Assembly: GCA_039815185.1 (NCBI GenBank)
Contig: JBCBZT010000045.1
Span: 1 to 62,859 of the forward strand
From: Cyanobacteria bacterium P01_A01_bin.123
Lineage (GTDB): Bacteria; Cyanobacteriota; Cyanobacteriia; Phormidesmidales; Phormidesmidaceae
Length of the DNA: 62,859 bases
Direction: 5' to 3'
A model generated the notes under the pieces. It saw only the letters and a program-made list of their open reading frames with translations. It made no database searches and was not told the origin of the DNA. Shown piece after piece: positions 9,634 to 20,400 of this stretch (position 1 is the first letter of the stretch; every line of letters starts with the position of its first letter). Both the position numbers and the translations under genes were made by a program.

Positions 9634-11811
9634 CTACTTTATCCGCGTATCGGGGTAAGGGGCCGTGGATTGGGCCCAGGAAGTGGAAAGGGGTTGGGGC
9701 TGTGCGGGAGAACGATAAGCCCGTTGGGCTAGGCTGGTAGTCCCCCCCAACAAGACCGCCACCGCAGGGGCAAAGATTGGAATCCAGCCGCCCTGGATAA
9801 AGCAAACACCCGCGATCCCGACGATCATGACAACACTGCCCGCTGTCCCAATACCCACCCAAAGAGAACGGTGCAGTAATCGGGGGATTGCAGCACCGAT
9901 CAAGGCCCACCCCACAATCCAGATGGCTTCAACCCAATTGGGCCAAAACCAGGGTAAGACTTGTTCCCCTAGGGCCACCGCCAGGATTTGATGAACCATG
10001 TTGGCGTGAACCACAACCCCGGCCATTTGGTGTTCATCGCTGAGTTTGGCACTGTAAGGGGTATAAAACAAATCTCGCCCGCTGCTAGCCGTCATGCCAA
10101 TCAAAACGATTTTCCCTTCAACCCAGGTGGGGTCGAAGTCTCCGGCCAATACCTCACTCAAGCTGACGCGACGAGCCACTTGATCAGGGGAATGATAATC
10201 GAGCAAAATATCATCTCCCCGCCCGTCAATTGTTTGATAGTTACCGGCGGTAGCGGTGAGTGGCTTAAAAACGGCTTCACCCAGTCTCATATGGTTAGGG
10301 TTTTGGTCACTGGCCTGGGAGTTAATGCCGTCAGCAGCCAAATATTTAAGCGCAAGTTGCAGAGAGAAGGAAAGCAAGACTTCACTGTCAGGTTGATTGT
10401 CGCGTCCTAAGAACAAGAAGCTACGACGAATCACATTGTCTGGATCCGCGGGGAAATCATTAAACCCCACCCGCTCCGGTGGAATAGACTCCGGTGGCGG
10501 AATCGTCTCGTCAGCAGTGTTACCCAACTTGGTAATCACGATGGTGTTATCGGCTTGGAGGGCCTGAATTAAGAGATCATGGCCTGGGGGTTGGGGAATT
10601 TCGCGGTGCAGATCCAGGCCGATAGCACGGGGAGAAAAGGCCTGTAAGGTTTGAATTACTTCGGCGATCGCTTGGTCAGAAGGCGTTGCCCGTTGTTGCT
10701 GACGCAAATCAGCTTCGGTAATCTCGACGATCAGCAATCTGGGGTCGGGGTCAGAGGTTGCTTGTTGCTGCACTAACGTGTCGTAGAGCTTGAGTTCGAC
10801 GGCCTGAAACCCACCCACTTGACGAATACCCAACACTAAACCCGCCGCAGCTAGAGTTGTGACGGCAAGGTTCCGCAGCAAGCGCAACCGTTGTTTGCGG
10901 GGAGCAATTGTAGAGACATCCCAAGGTACTGTGAAGTCTTGGAGATCAGCAAAGTCTTGGGAGATTTGCTCTAGGCGGGTTAAATCATGTAGCACCTCAG
11001 CAGTGGTTTGATAGCGGTAGTAGTAAGAATGGCGGATCAATTTACTCAACACCAGCTTTAAACCAATGCTGGCGTCAGCGTGGGATTGCCAAACGATTTC
11101 TGAGGTTTGCGGGTCTTCGGCCATTTGCCCCGGCGATAACCCAGTCAGGGCTTGAATGGCAGTCATCCCCAGGGCATATAAATCGCTGCCATAACGAGGC
11201 TTTCCTGTGAGTTGCTCTGGCGGGGTATAGCCCTGGGTGCCAATGCCGACGGTGAGGGTAGAGTCTTCACCAGAACTGAGCTGGGTGCGAATCTCTTTAA
11301 CGGCACCAAAATCGATCAAGACGAGCTTGCCATCTTGGCGACGGCGAATCAGGTTACCGGGTTTGATGTCTCGGTGAATGACGTGGTTGTCGTGGACAAA
11401 CTGCATCACTGGCAGCACATCTTCGAGCAAGGCAATAACGTCGGCTTCACTCAAGCGATCGCGGAGTCTAAACTCTTCGCCCAGGGGCAACCCTTCAATA
11501 AACTCTTGCACCAGATAAAACTCTTCCCCATCTTCAAACGAGTCAAGCAGTTGGGGAATGCGATCGTGCTGTCCTAGTCGGCGCAGCGTTTTGACTTCGG
11601 TTTCAAACAGCCGCCGGGCCACTTTGAGGAAGGTGGGGTCATGGCTAGCGGGTTTGAGCTGCTTGACGACACAGAGGGAAGGAGCCACATCAGTGGCTGG
11701 CGTTGGCCCTGGCGATAATTGCTCATCCCTCGCCAAATAGGTCTGACCAAAACCGCCAGACCCCAAGGTTTTTAAAATTGTGTATCGATTGGCGAGGCGC
11801 GTCCCCAACAT
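9634..11811 (-). CDS. Ser/Thr protein kinase with CHASE2 domain
   Basis: GSGGFG, HRDIKPGN and DFG kinase motifs, a TM segment, CHASE2 (DPRLLIV, IGLD, GVVVHA) and C-terminal TMs. Confidence 0.93.
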   Translation of the reverse strand: MLGTRLANRYTILKTLGSGGFGQTYLARDEQLSPGPTPATDVAPSLCVVKQLKPASHDPTFLKVARRLFETEVKTLRRLGQHDRIPQLLDSFEDGEEFYLVQEFIEGLPLGEEFRLRDRLSEADVIALLEDVLPVMQFVHDNHVIHRDIKPGNLIRRRQDGKLVLIDFGAVKEIRTQLSSGEDSTLTVGIGTQGYTPPEQLTGKPRYGSDLYALGMTAIQALTGLSPGQMAEDPQTSEIVWQSHADASIGLKLVLSKLIRHSYYYRYQTTAEVLHDLTRLEQISQDFADLQDFTVPWDVSTIAPRKQRLRLLRNLAVTTLAAAGLVLGIRQVGGFQAVELKLYDTLVQQQATSDPDPRLLIVEITEADLRQQQRATPSDQAIAEVIQTLQAFSPRAIGLDLHREIPQPPGHDLLIQALQADNTIVITKLGNTADETIPPPESIPPERVGFNDFPADPDNVIRRSFLFLGRDNQPDSEVLLSFSLQLALKYLAADGINSQASDQNPNHMRLGEAVFKPLTATAGNYQTIDGRGDDILLDYHSPDQVARRVSLSEVLAGDFDPTWVEGKIVLIGMTASSGRDLFYTPYSAKLSDEHQMAGVVVHANMVHQILAVALGEQVLPWFWPNWVEAIWIVGWALIGAAIPRLLHRSLWVGIGTAGSVVMIVGIAGVCFIQGGWIPIFAPAVAVLLGGTTSLAQRAYRSPAQPQPLSTSWAQSTAPYPDTRIK

Positions 11812-11919
11812 AGTGACAATGGAACCGTTATTCCCTTAATTATGGAGCATACAGAATTGTGGCACACTGACTCCGGGGGCTAGGCCGGTTTAAGCCCCGA
11901 TAGCACCCGATTTGCAACA

Positions 11920-12792
11920 ATGGATATCCCCGTGATTACAGGAACAACCCAGCTACTCGGTGTGATTGGCGATCCGGTTGAGCATTCCCTCTCACCCGTG
12001 ATGCACAATGCCGCGATCGCCCAATTAGGCGCTAACTTTGTTTACTTACCCTTACCTGTCCCTACCGGAAAGCTTGCCATCGCGATCGCTGGGTTTGAAG
12101 CCATCGGCCTCAAAGGATTCAACATTACCATCCCCCACAAGCAAACCATCATGCCGTTGCTGGCTGGGGTCAGCGACATTGCCCAGGCAGTGGGCGCAGT
12201 TAACACGGTTTGGTGGGAAGCTAGGGGCTGGCAGGGTACGAATACTGATGTCGCCGGATTTATTGCACCACTGCAGTTGTTTGAGCGTAGTTGGTCTAAG
12301 ACGATTGCTTTGGTGTTGGGCAACGGCGGCGCAGCCCGAGCCGTGGTGGCAGGCTGCACCCAACTGGGATGTACCGAAGTGTGGGTGGTTGGACGACGCG
12401 CCGAAAAGCTCAATGCCTTTGCCGAAAGCTGGCAGCGATCGCCGATTCAGCCCCCCTTAACAACCTTTACCTGGGACAAACTGCCTGAGCTGCTCCCCAA
12501 GGCGGGATTGGTCGTCAACACCACACCCGTTGGGATGCATCCTAAAGTAGATGCCTGTCCGTTAATGCCTGATGAAATGGCAATGATGCCATCAGGGGCG
12601 ATCGCCTACGATTTGATCTATACCCCCAGCCCAACCCAATTTTTACAACAGGCAAAAGACAAGGGCGCGATCGCCATTGACGGTTTAGAAATGCTGGTGC
12701 AGCAGGGGGCAGCGGCGCTGTCGTTGTGGCTAGACCAACCTGCGCCAGTGGACGTGATGCGGCAGGCTTTAAAGGCTCAGCTAAATCTTTAA
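11920..12792 (+). CDS. aroE: Shikimate dehydrogenase
   Basis: HSLSPVMHN, NITIPHK, GAVNT, NTD, GNGGAARA and DGLEMLVQQG motifs. Confidence 0.96.
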   Translation: MDIPVITGTTQLLGVIGDPVEHSLSPVMHNAAIAQLGANFVYLPLPVPTGKLAIAIAGFEAIGLKGFNITIPHKQTIMPLLAGVSDIAQAVGAVNTVWWEARGWQGTNTDVAGFIAPLQLFERSWSKTIALVLGNGGAARAVVAGCTQLGCTEVWVVGRRAEKLNAFAESWQRSPIQPPLTTFTWDKLPELLPKAGLVVNTTPVGMHPKVDACPLMPDEMAMMPSGAIAYDLIYTPSPTQFLQQAKDKGAIAIDGLEMLVQQGAAALSLWLDQPAPVDVMRQALKAQLNL

Positions 12793-12824
12793 GCGCGATC
12801 GTACGATGGCAATTGGCTACGGAT

Positions 12825-13000
12825 AGATGCAAGATAACACCCCAAATTCCCAGGATTAACCTTCAGATCTGACAGATAAGATTCCGAAATCCAGAAGTTA
12901 ACCTAAAAGTTTCCTGTTTAATCCCTAAAAGGCTGAGTGTTATCTCGCAGATCTGATGTATGACTACGGAAAAGTCGGGTATTATCTTGCAGATCTGACG
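12825..13000. repeat. Cluster of inverted-repeat ends (MITE or IS remnant)
   Basis: GCAAGATAACACCC (about 12829) faces GAGTGTTATCTCGCAGATCTGA (12935-12956) and GGGTATTATCTTGCAGATCTGA (12977-12998). Confidence 0.5.
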
Positions 13001-13336
13001 TTGAATATAATAGTTAGCATTCCACGCGCTAATGCACCTTCAAGGTGGGAGTAACTGTCAACCATATGGCGACAATTGGCAATTCAAAACGCTGATTAGT
13101 TTTAGTTGCTGAGTAAACATAGTTAGACCTACTCTGCCCCATCAATTCCTTCCACCATGAATTGAAGAATTAGGGCATTTGGCTTGAGTCTAATCCTCTA
13201 CTTTTGATGAGCTACAGCCTTTCAGATACTGGCTAAGCCGTGTTACCCCTTGTGAGCCATGCCAAAATCCCTAGCTGAGAAAGTTTAACGACTGACACGA
13301 GCTTTCCACACAGAACCTTTCAACTATTATTAAACA

Positions 13337-14212
13337 ATGATCGAATCTTTGAGAAATAAAGTGCGGGACGCCCTGCCGAAGAACGGAGGTGGGAGCGCAC
13401 TTCATTATTTTGCTGAAGATATTTTTTGCATTAAAGAAGTAGATATCTCTGAGTTAAACGAAACAATTTATGAGCCAGCACTATGCGTCGTACTTCAAGG
13501 TGAAAAGCAAACAAATCTGGACAATCGCACTCTTCGACTGTCAGCTGGAGATTCTATCATAATAAGTCATCACGTGCCTGTGTATGCGAAAATCACGCGG
13601 GCATCGGTCGAAGTTCCCTATCTCTCGCTGATTATAAAATTAGATATGAAAATTATTCGGAGTCTTTATTTTGAGATTGAGCAGATCATTGAAAAACAAG
13701 AACGTGCTCTCTCTGTTGATTCAGAAAGAGCAGACAGTGCGCTTATGAATACCGTTGATCGCTTCATAACAGCCATGGAGGACCCACTCGAAGCTGAGCT
13801 TATTGGCCCCTCTCTTTTTAAGGAATTGCACTTACGAGTGCTAAGGGCTCCCCATGGCGGAATGCTTCGCCAAATGATCCCAAGCAATAGCGCAGCTAAC
13901 AATATTGCCCAAGCGATCAAATACATACGAAATAATTATCGTACTAGGCTCCTTGTCACTGAAATTGCACGTGAAGTTGGCATGAGTGAGTCGTCTTTTT
14001 ACAAAAAATTCCGCGAAATAACAGCGACGACTCCGCATCAATATCAAAAAACCCTACGCCTTATAGAGGCTCACGCTCTTCTGTCATTAGATGTGTATTC
14101 TGTTTCTGATGCAGCTTTTGCCGTCGGCTATGAGAGCGCAAGTCACTTTAGTAGAGACTATTTAAAGAAATTTGGCATCCCGCCGAAGGAAACCAAAGCC
14201 ACTGCAACGTGA
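13337..14212 (+). CDS. AraC family transcriptional regulator (AraC_N_2/YqhC-like)
   Basis: YEPALCVVLQGEK N-terminal domain and a C-terminal double HTH (GMSESSF, VGYESASHFSRDY). Confidence 0.92.
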   Translation: MIESLRNKVRDALPKNGGGSALHYFAEDIFCIKEVDISELNETIYEPALCVVLQGEKQTNLDNRTLRLSAGDSIIISHHVPVYAKITRASVEVPYLSLIIKLDMKIIRSLYFEIEQIIEKQERALSVDSERADSALMNTVDRFITAMEDPLEAELIGPSLFKELHLRVLRAPHGGMLRQMIPSNSAANNIAQAIKYIRNNYRTRLLVTEIAREVGMSESSFYKKFREITATTPHQYQKTLRLIEAHALLSLDVYSVSDAAFAVGYESASHFSRDYLKKFGIPPKETKATAT

Positions 14213-14326
14213 GCGGCGAAACTAGCTTTGGTGTAGTGGAGAACCTGGCTAGTCGCTCACAGACATACAAAATGCGTTTCGAGAACACTCATAGCGTCTG
14301 GCGCAGCCGCACGTTAGACGCTGACC

Positions 14327-15412
14327 TCATATCTTGTAAAACTCGAGATCGGGACCGGCAAAGGGGGCTAATGCATCGATCCGTCTCTGAAGTTCGGCCT
14401 GGTTCCAGTTCCATGTTTCGCGCGCTATGGCAGCATTTTGGGAAACCTGTTGGACGCTTTCCATACCACTGACAAGGCAAGTGACAGGCAGGGACCATGC
14501 AAAGCCGAAGGCATCCTCCAAGGAAATAACGTCCGGTATTACCGGCTCAAGGGAGACTTCTGTACAACGCCAGCCCTGGTTTCCTCCAAAGAACCGCCCG
14601 TAGACCAGCGTTTTCATAGCCAACACGCCGATGCCAGCCTCTACGCATCTGGGCAGCACATTAGTAAGAAAGCTATTGAAGTGAGGGTCAGCAGGGTTGA
14701 CCGGCATCATCGCAGCAGCCATCCTCACCCCCCGGTTTTCGATCTCCTCCAGCATCGTGAGATGGCCTTCAAAGGAATCATGGCCGGTGAAACCAATGTG
14801 CCTGACCTTTCCTGCTTCCTGGGCCTCAAGAAAGGCATCGAGTATACCGTCTCGGATGCGCTCTTCCACACGCTCTGGGGTTTCAAGGGCATGCACCTGC
14901 CATAGGTCTACGTAGTCGGTCCTCATGCGGGAGAGGGAAGCATCGAGATCCGCTAGAGCGTCTGCCTTATTTCTGGCCAAGGTTTTGGTCATGATGAAGG
15001 AAACATCTCTGTAGTTGGGCGTGAGGAATTTCCCATAGCGTTCCTCTGCTACTCCATCACTGTATAGGGGGGCATTGTCGAAGAAACGTATCCCCTCCTC
15101 CAAGGCTTTTTCGATGATGGCCTGCGCGTCTCTTTCCGAGGCTCTCCCTATGTGGTCTCCGCCTGCCCCTAGGTTGGTCACAGCGGGACCGGACGACCCC
15201 AGATTGCGCAAAGGCAGGAGCCTGCCTAGCCGGTCGGAGGTGGAGGCGTTAGCCGCGGTCGTATTCTCACCACTGAAATAGCCAGACACTGTCAGACTGG
15301 CGGTAAAGCCCGCCAGCATAGCGATTAATTCCCTGCGATTCAATTTAGCTATACCCATATAGCCGTCAATAGCCGAGGGTTTTGATCGATGATCGGGTTT
15401 GCGAGCTTTCAT
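14327..15412 (-). CDS. Aldo/keto reductase with Tat-type signal
   Basis: NRRELI twin-arginine motif, FFDNAPLY, TK, DLWQVH and GKVRHIGFTGH. Confidence 0.9.
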   Translation of the reverse strand: MKARKPDHRSKPSAIDGYMGIAKLNRRELIAMLAGFTASLTVSGYFSGENTTAANASTSDRLGRLLPLRNLGSSGPAVTNLGAGGDHIGRASERDAQAIIEKALEEGIRFFDNAPLYSDGVAEERYGKFLTPNYRDVSFIMTKTLARNKADALADLDASLSRMRTDYVDLWQVHALETPERVEERIRDGILDAFLEAQEAGKVRHIGFTGHDSFEGHLTMLEEIENRGVRMAAAMMPVNPADPHFNSFLTNVLPRCVEAGIGVLAMKTLVYGRFFGGNQGWRCTEVSLEPVIPDVISLEDAFGFAWSLPVTCLVSGMESVQQVSQNAAIARETWNWNQAELQRRIDALAPFAGPDLEFYKI

Positions 15413-15624
15413 GCTTGAGGTCTCCTTTCAGAGTCTTTATGCATAGCGACCTCCGATAAATACCTGGTTCAACTTTCTTGAACGTATCATTGTCAGCCGC
15501 GTTGCACTTATCCGATCCTCCGCGATCCATGCCAAATCCTCCATGGCGCAAAATTGGCCTAACATGTTGCTGCAGCGAACGCTTCGATTGCCCCGATCCT
15601 GCTAAAACTTTGGAGATCTCGGCG

Positions 15625-15753
15625 CGTCCGAACGTTATTATCGAGCTGATGAACGATCCCGACGTACGCTGGCACATGCCAGTTGCCTGGGGATACTTTG
15701 AAATGTCCGATTGCGATCGCTTTGTGAGTGCAAAAGAGCGGATGTGGGAATGA
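15625..15753 (+). pseudogene. N-terminal fragment of a GNAT (RimJ/RimL-like) acetyltransferase
   Basis: IIELMNDPDVRWHMP...FVSAKERMWE followed by a stop; the rest of the domain is absent. Confidence 0.45.
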
Positions 15754-15754
15754 T

Positions 15755-16321
15755 ATGGAAAGACATTTCAGTGACATTCGATTCACGAAAGTTCAAAACA
15801 AAGTCAACGAGAAATGGTACAGTTGGCTTTCTGATGCGCTCTCTATTCCCTATCTTAAAAATAAAGAGTGTCATATTCACCTTGAATTCAATGATGATGA
15901 TCTTGATCGGTTTCAAAGAGAAATTGAGATTACAGTAAAAAATACTTTACGGCTGAACGAAAATCATCGAAATCAAACTAAACCACATCTTTTTGCCTAC
16001 TATAAAGATGTTGTGCTGGTTATTGGTGAAGAAAATCTTGAAGAGATGCCCACGCTAGAGACTGAGGAGAACATCTTCAATTATGTCGATTTAACACGAT
16101 TGAGTATTGGCAAAGGTAGTCTTTCTGATAATTTCTATGCGAACTTTAGTGGAAACTGTGATTGGGAGATAGAACATGGCGTTTCGATATCCTTTTTATG
16201 GGGAGAAGAACTGGCTATGGTATCGAGCGTCAGTCACATCTGTAATTCGGATGCCTATGCAGACAAAGATAAAGATCAATATATCTATATAGGAAGCAAT
16301 ATCAAAACAACCCTAGCGTAG
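15755..16321 (+). CDS. Hypothetical protein, DUF6985-like
   Basis: AT-rich ORF with a CDWEIEHG motif. ATG at 15755 preferred over the GTG at 15728. Confidence 0.6.
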   Translation: MERHFSDIRFTKVQNKVNEKWYSWLSDALSIPYLKNKECHIHLEFNDDDLDRFQREIEITVKNTLRLNENHRNQTKPHLFAYYKDVVLVIGEENLEEMPTLETEENIFNYVDLTRLSIGKGSLSDNFYANFSGNCDWEIEHGVSISFLWGEELAMVSSVSHICNSDAYADKDKDQYIYIGSNIKTTLA

Positions 16322-16394
16322 AACAAAAAATCAATGCCTGCTGCATTTTACCGTTAGGCTTTACCTGCCTACAAACAACAGTGATAAAGAGAAC

Positions 16395-17024
16395 ATGCCC
16401 CTAATTGAATTGGATTTGCCAAACCCCATGTCATTACGAGGAGGGTGGGCTGCAATGGCAGCAGTACTCGCTTCCCGAAGATGGGACGGTGACGTCTACG
16501 CCACCCCAAACCAATGGCTGTATCACGACGGCGGTGGCAACTGGGCTTGTTTGCGTTTTCAAGATAAGGGCAAAGCTATTCTGTTAGGACATGACCATGA
16601 GTACTCAGACACCTATTTTGGTGAAGCTGCCAGGTATTTCGAAAAGGAAGAGACTAACCTTCTGGCCGACACCCCTGACTGGTGGAGCCTAGGCTTAGAT
16701 CCGCAACCCTTTGGTGAATGGATTAGCTTTGTCTATGGTTGGGATGGTAATCGGTGGCAGCGAGCCGCATACGATAAGCGCGATGGCTTCGAACAGGTAG
16801 GTTTGCTCAGAGCCTGCAGTATCAGCAACACCCAATTATTGAGCCAGTTTGCTATGGACGCTCCAGGTCTACAAGGAGAGCCGCCTGACCCTAAAGCGCT
16901 CTCTGCGCTGGTGGCGGCTGATGGAGATGTTACAGATGTCATGCTGGAAGCCGTGGTTCCTGGCTGGGACATTGCGGCTGGCGTTGCTGCAGCCCACAAA
17001 TTCCTCGAGGCTGCCGTTGCTTAA
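16395..17024 (+). CDS. Hypothetical Trp/Gly-rich protein, integron cassette ORF
   Basis: HDGGGNW and GHDHEYS motifs. It starts just after GTTAGGC (16353) and its stop lies in the R'' box GCTTAAC. Confidence 0.75.
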   Translation: MPLIELDLPNPMSLRGGWAAMAAVLASRRWDGDVYATPNQWLYHDGGGNWACLRFQDKGKAILLGHDHEYSDTYFGEAARYFEKEETNLLADTPDWWSLGLDPQPFGEWISFVYGWDGNRWQRAAYDKRDGFEQVGLLRACSISNTQLLSQFAMDAPGLQGEPPDPKALSALVAADGDVTDVMLEAVVPGWDIAAGVAAAHKFLEAAVA

Positions 17025-17109
17025 CCCCTCACTGTGGAGAACGCGGATGCTAGTACGCTCGTTTGCGTCTCATATTTTGGCCGCGCCCCTAAGCTTGAAA
17101 ACGTTATGC
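17019..17109 (+). other. attC site (partly degenerate L boxes)
   Basis: GCTTAAC...CGCGG...CCGCG...AAAC-GTTATGC, 91 bp, directly at the ORF stop. Confidence 0.65.
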
Positions 17110-17474
17110 AGCTCTAGTTTTCGGTATATAACTCGGTATATAACAAAGCGGGAGCTAATCTATCAAACTCATATCCCTTCATTAGCTTTCTCGCAATTCA
17201 TAGGTTTTTTCTGGATCAAGGAAAGCAATAGTTCATCTCAAGGGGGAGTTAAGCGCTTCAAGTAGAGAGCTGGAATAAAAGTGGGGAAAGCTTAAAAAAT
17301 GCCTATAGCATAAGCGCCAGAGCTTAGCCTGCCCATCGTTTCTCTGTGCAGAGTCGTTTTGGTCAGTCTTGCTCCAGCGCTGGGAAATGCAATCATACAG
17401 GGCGAAAACCCGTTTCCGAGCCTTCGCCCATCGTCTTAGGTTGGTGGTGTTGCTTTCGCCCCACATGAGACGTG

Positions 17475-20400
17475 CTAAGCTACCGCCTTTGCTTCTTCCA
17501 AAGCTTTGTTAGCTTTCTTCAAAGCTTTAGAGGCTTCGCTCATCAGGATACCTCCTGTTACCCCAGTCACTAACGCAGCAGCAGCATCTGTTGCTATAAG
17601 TCCCAAATGAATCAATACTTCAGTGAAAATATCAGCCTCAATTGACCTCGCAAAGCAGGCGATATTGGGCAGCGCAGAGAAAATCTCATTGCTGAGATCA
17701 GCGCCTGTAATAGGAGCACCTTCGTCTGCAACAATTACGAACGCCACAGCAAGTGAAATGTCAATGAAGCTCAATAGAGCCCATACTACGTTGGGTATTG
17801 TTTCTATACGCCTCATTCGCTGAATCCCTTGCTTCGACATCACTGCGGCATCTAATATCAATTTTGCCCCTCTGTAACTCCACAACGTAATTTCTAAGAT
17901 AATCGCTGCACGTTCTCGCCTATCTTCTTCCTTTTTGGGAATACCTCCAGCATCTTTTTCAAATTGTGCAGGATAGCTACAGCCCCAGCTCACAAAACTC
18001 AGAACAATGCTTGACACCTCTAAGGCCTGAAGAGGCGTCAGAATGTTGAGTATAGTGGGCTCTTTATCAGGGCCAGGCACATCAAATAGATCTAGGATTC
18101 CATTGATAACGTGATTAACAGTATCCGCTACAGTCACGATGATTGTGAGCTTTAGATCTTTGCTTGCGCTCTCTACATCTTTTTCCAAGTCACTGATGTT
18201 TTGGGAGGAAGCAGTCTTGCCTGTGCTACCGGAGTCATTGGACGAGTCTGCGCTTGTGAAGGAGACAGGACTCTCGCTCGTCACACGAGCAAATGCTAAC
18301 GTGCTCTCCTTCTGATTCGACAAAGCCAGCGGTACAGGAGTTGCATTGGTAAATAGATTTTGACCCGTCACCAGCTTTGCTGTCACTGTGACTGGAATAG
18401 CCAAAACCAACGTAGCAAGATTCATTGCGGTTAGCTTGCCAACACCGATGAAGTCTAGCAAGTCTGAAATAAAAGGGATTCTGATTTCAGCATTGAGTAG
18501 ATCCTTAAAGAAGTCAATTGCAGCTCCAACCACATCTAACAGACCCAGTGCCACATTTTCGACGGCATCCAACGACTGAATAATCGCGTCTCTGAAGGCT
18601 TCAATAATGGTAATTAAGGCTACCTCTGGTTGACGCGGGTTCTCAAGCAGTGCCTGAATGCTGTCCAACACTCCTTCAGAAACCCGAAGCCCAGCCCCGA
18701 CGGCATCCTCAAACGCTTCCAGCATTTGCCTGACGAAGTTTGCTAACGGCGAGTCCCCGCTCCCGGAGTCCGGTGTGGTCTCAGAATCTGAGGATTTCGA
18801 TCCCCCCAGGAACTTGGAGAGAAACCACTCCAGCGCTTCAGGGATCTCGAAGCCAGATCCCTCCACCTCCGAAGGCTTGCCTCCCAACGTTTTAACTAGT
18901 TGGTTCATGCCATCCTCTACACCGTCTTGCAGATCATCCACAAAGGCTTTGACATGGGGTTTGGCATTGACTGCTAGCTGCTTAGCGGAATCTAAACCTG
19001 CGTTGATGGTCCTTTTCAGATAGCGCTGAGTGTCGAGAATGTCGTCCCAGTCAAACAAAAACTGCAGAAACTCGATAAACTGCTTAATGCTTTCGACGAC
19101 TTTTTCAACGACCGCTTCAACAAATTCAGCGACTTTTTCAACCGTATCCACAACAAATCTAAAGACGCCTTGGGCGGTGTCTACAAGAATATTCACCGCA
19201 TCTTCAAAAAAGCCAATCGTCGCTGAAGCGCCTGATTTAATCGCATCCCCTATCGTCTTAAAGGGATTGCCAATTTTAATAAATCTGGCTTGCCCTGGCA
19301 GAGTGGAAACAGGTGGCTTGGACACTGGGGCATCGGGAGTCGTTTCTTCTGGAATTGCTCGGCTCAGTAGCTGCGAAAACTCATCCTGGCTAATCTCTGT
19401 TTCTTGAATGGTCGATTTGGGTGTGCTGGCAGGCAGGTTTTGGCGATCATCCCTTGGATGGGCTTTGCCATCGCCCTCATTGGCCACGCTGCCTGCTGCT
19501 CTAGCAGAAAGCAGCCGACTCGTATTGCCAGCAGCCCCAAACTCAATCTTCCAGGGCCGATTGATCGTTGCACCTGAAACAACACGACTCGAAGACGTTA
19601 CAACAGACTTTACAGGGCGGTGAGTTTCCTGCGAGCGAGCAACGCCTACACTGGCATCTCATCCTCTGGCGAGATTACGCTGTCTCGCAGAGGATGGGAT
19701 GCCAGAGGGTCGATTTTCACCCACCTCATTGGCATAGACTACAGTCGCCATCACCTGCTTGATTGTATTTTGTACGCTTGCGACTTCTTCGCGACTGTGA
19801 GCCTCACGATCTACGATAAAGTTGCCCTGCGCATCTTTCGCATTCCAAAGCGCCCCCTCTTCTAGCTCAGCAATTTGCTGATGAGCCGCTTGATTAGGAA
19901 AAATCACCACGCGTTCATTCAGGGCCATAGCACTGGTGCGAATCTTCAGCCCCGGTGTATTGATGCCATCCGCTTCAGACGTGATCATAATCCGATTCAT
20001 CTGATTGGGGCTGAGGGTAACCGATCGCGATTCATCGATTTTGTAAACAGTGCCTTCAACTTCAATCTTGGTTAAATCAGTCGCTGACACCTCAACCTTA
20101 ACCTTGCGATCGCTCGGCTCAAACCTCAGCGTCGTGCGATAGGCCGAAAACTCTTCTAGTTTATCGCCAGCCATTTTATAGTCTTGGCTCAGTTTGGTGG
20201 TGTAAGAGGTAAAAACATCCTCAGGCTCCACCGTTCTAAATATTTTGATCGAAGAAATCGTATCGTCACCAATCTGGCTATCGAACAGATTTGGAGCGTT
20301 CTCGACAATATCTTCAACCAAAGAGGCTTTAACCTTCTCTCTGATATTCCGAAAGCCTCTAAACTGCCTCCCATCTAATCTTCTAGCACGGTCAAATTGT

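Noticed and set aside
17114..17143. Tandem TCGGTATATAAC x2 after the attC
   Set aside because: It is a short two-copy duplication with no supportable function.
19659..19661. Selenocysteine recoding of the in-frame TGA
   Set aside because: The codon is in a low-complexity linker with no redox motif, and I see no clear SECIS hairpin downstream.
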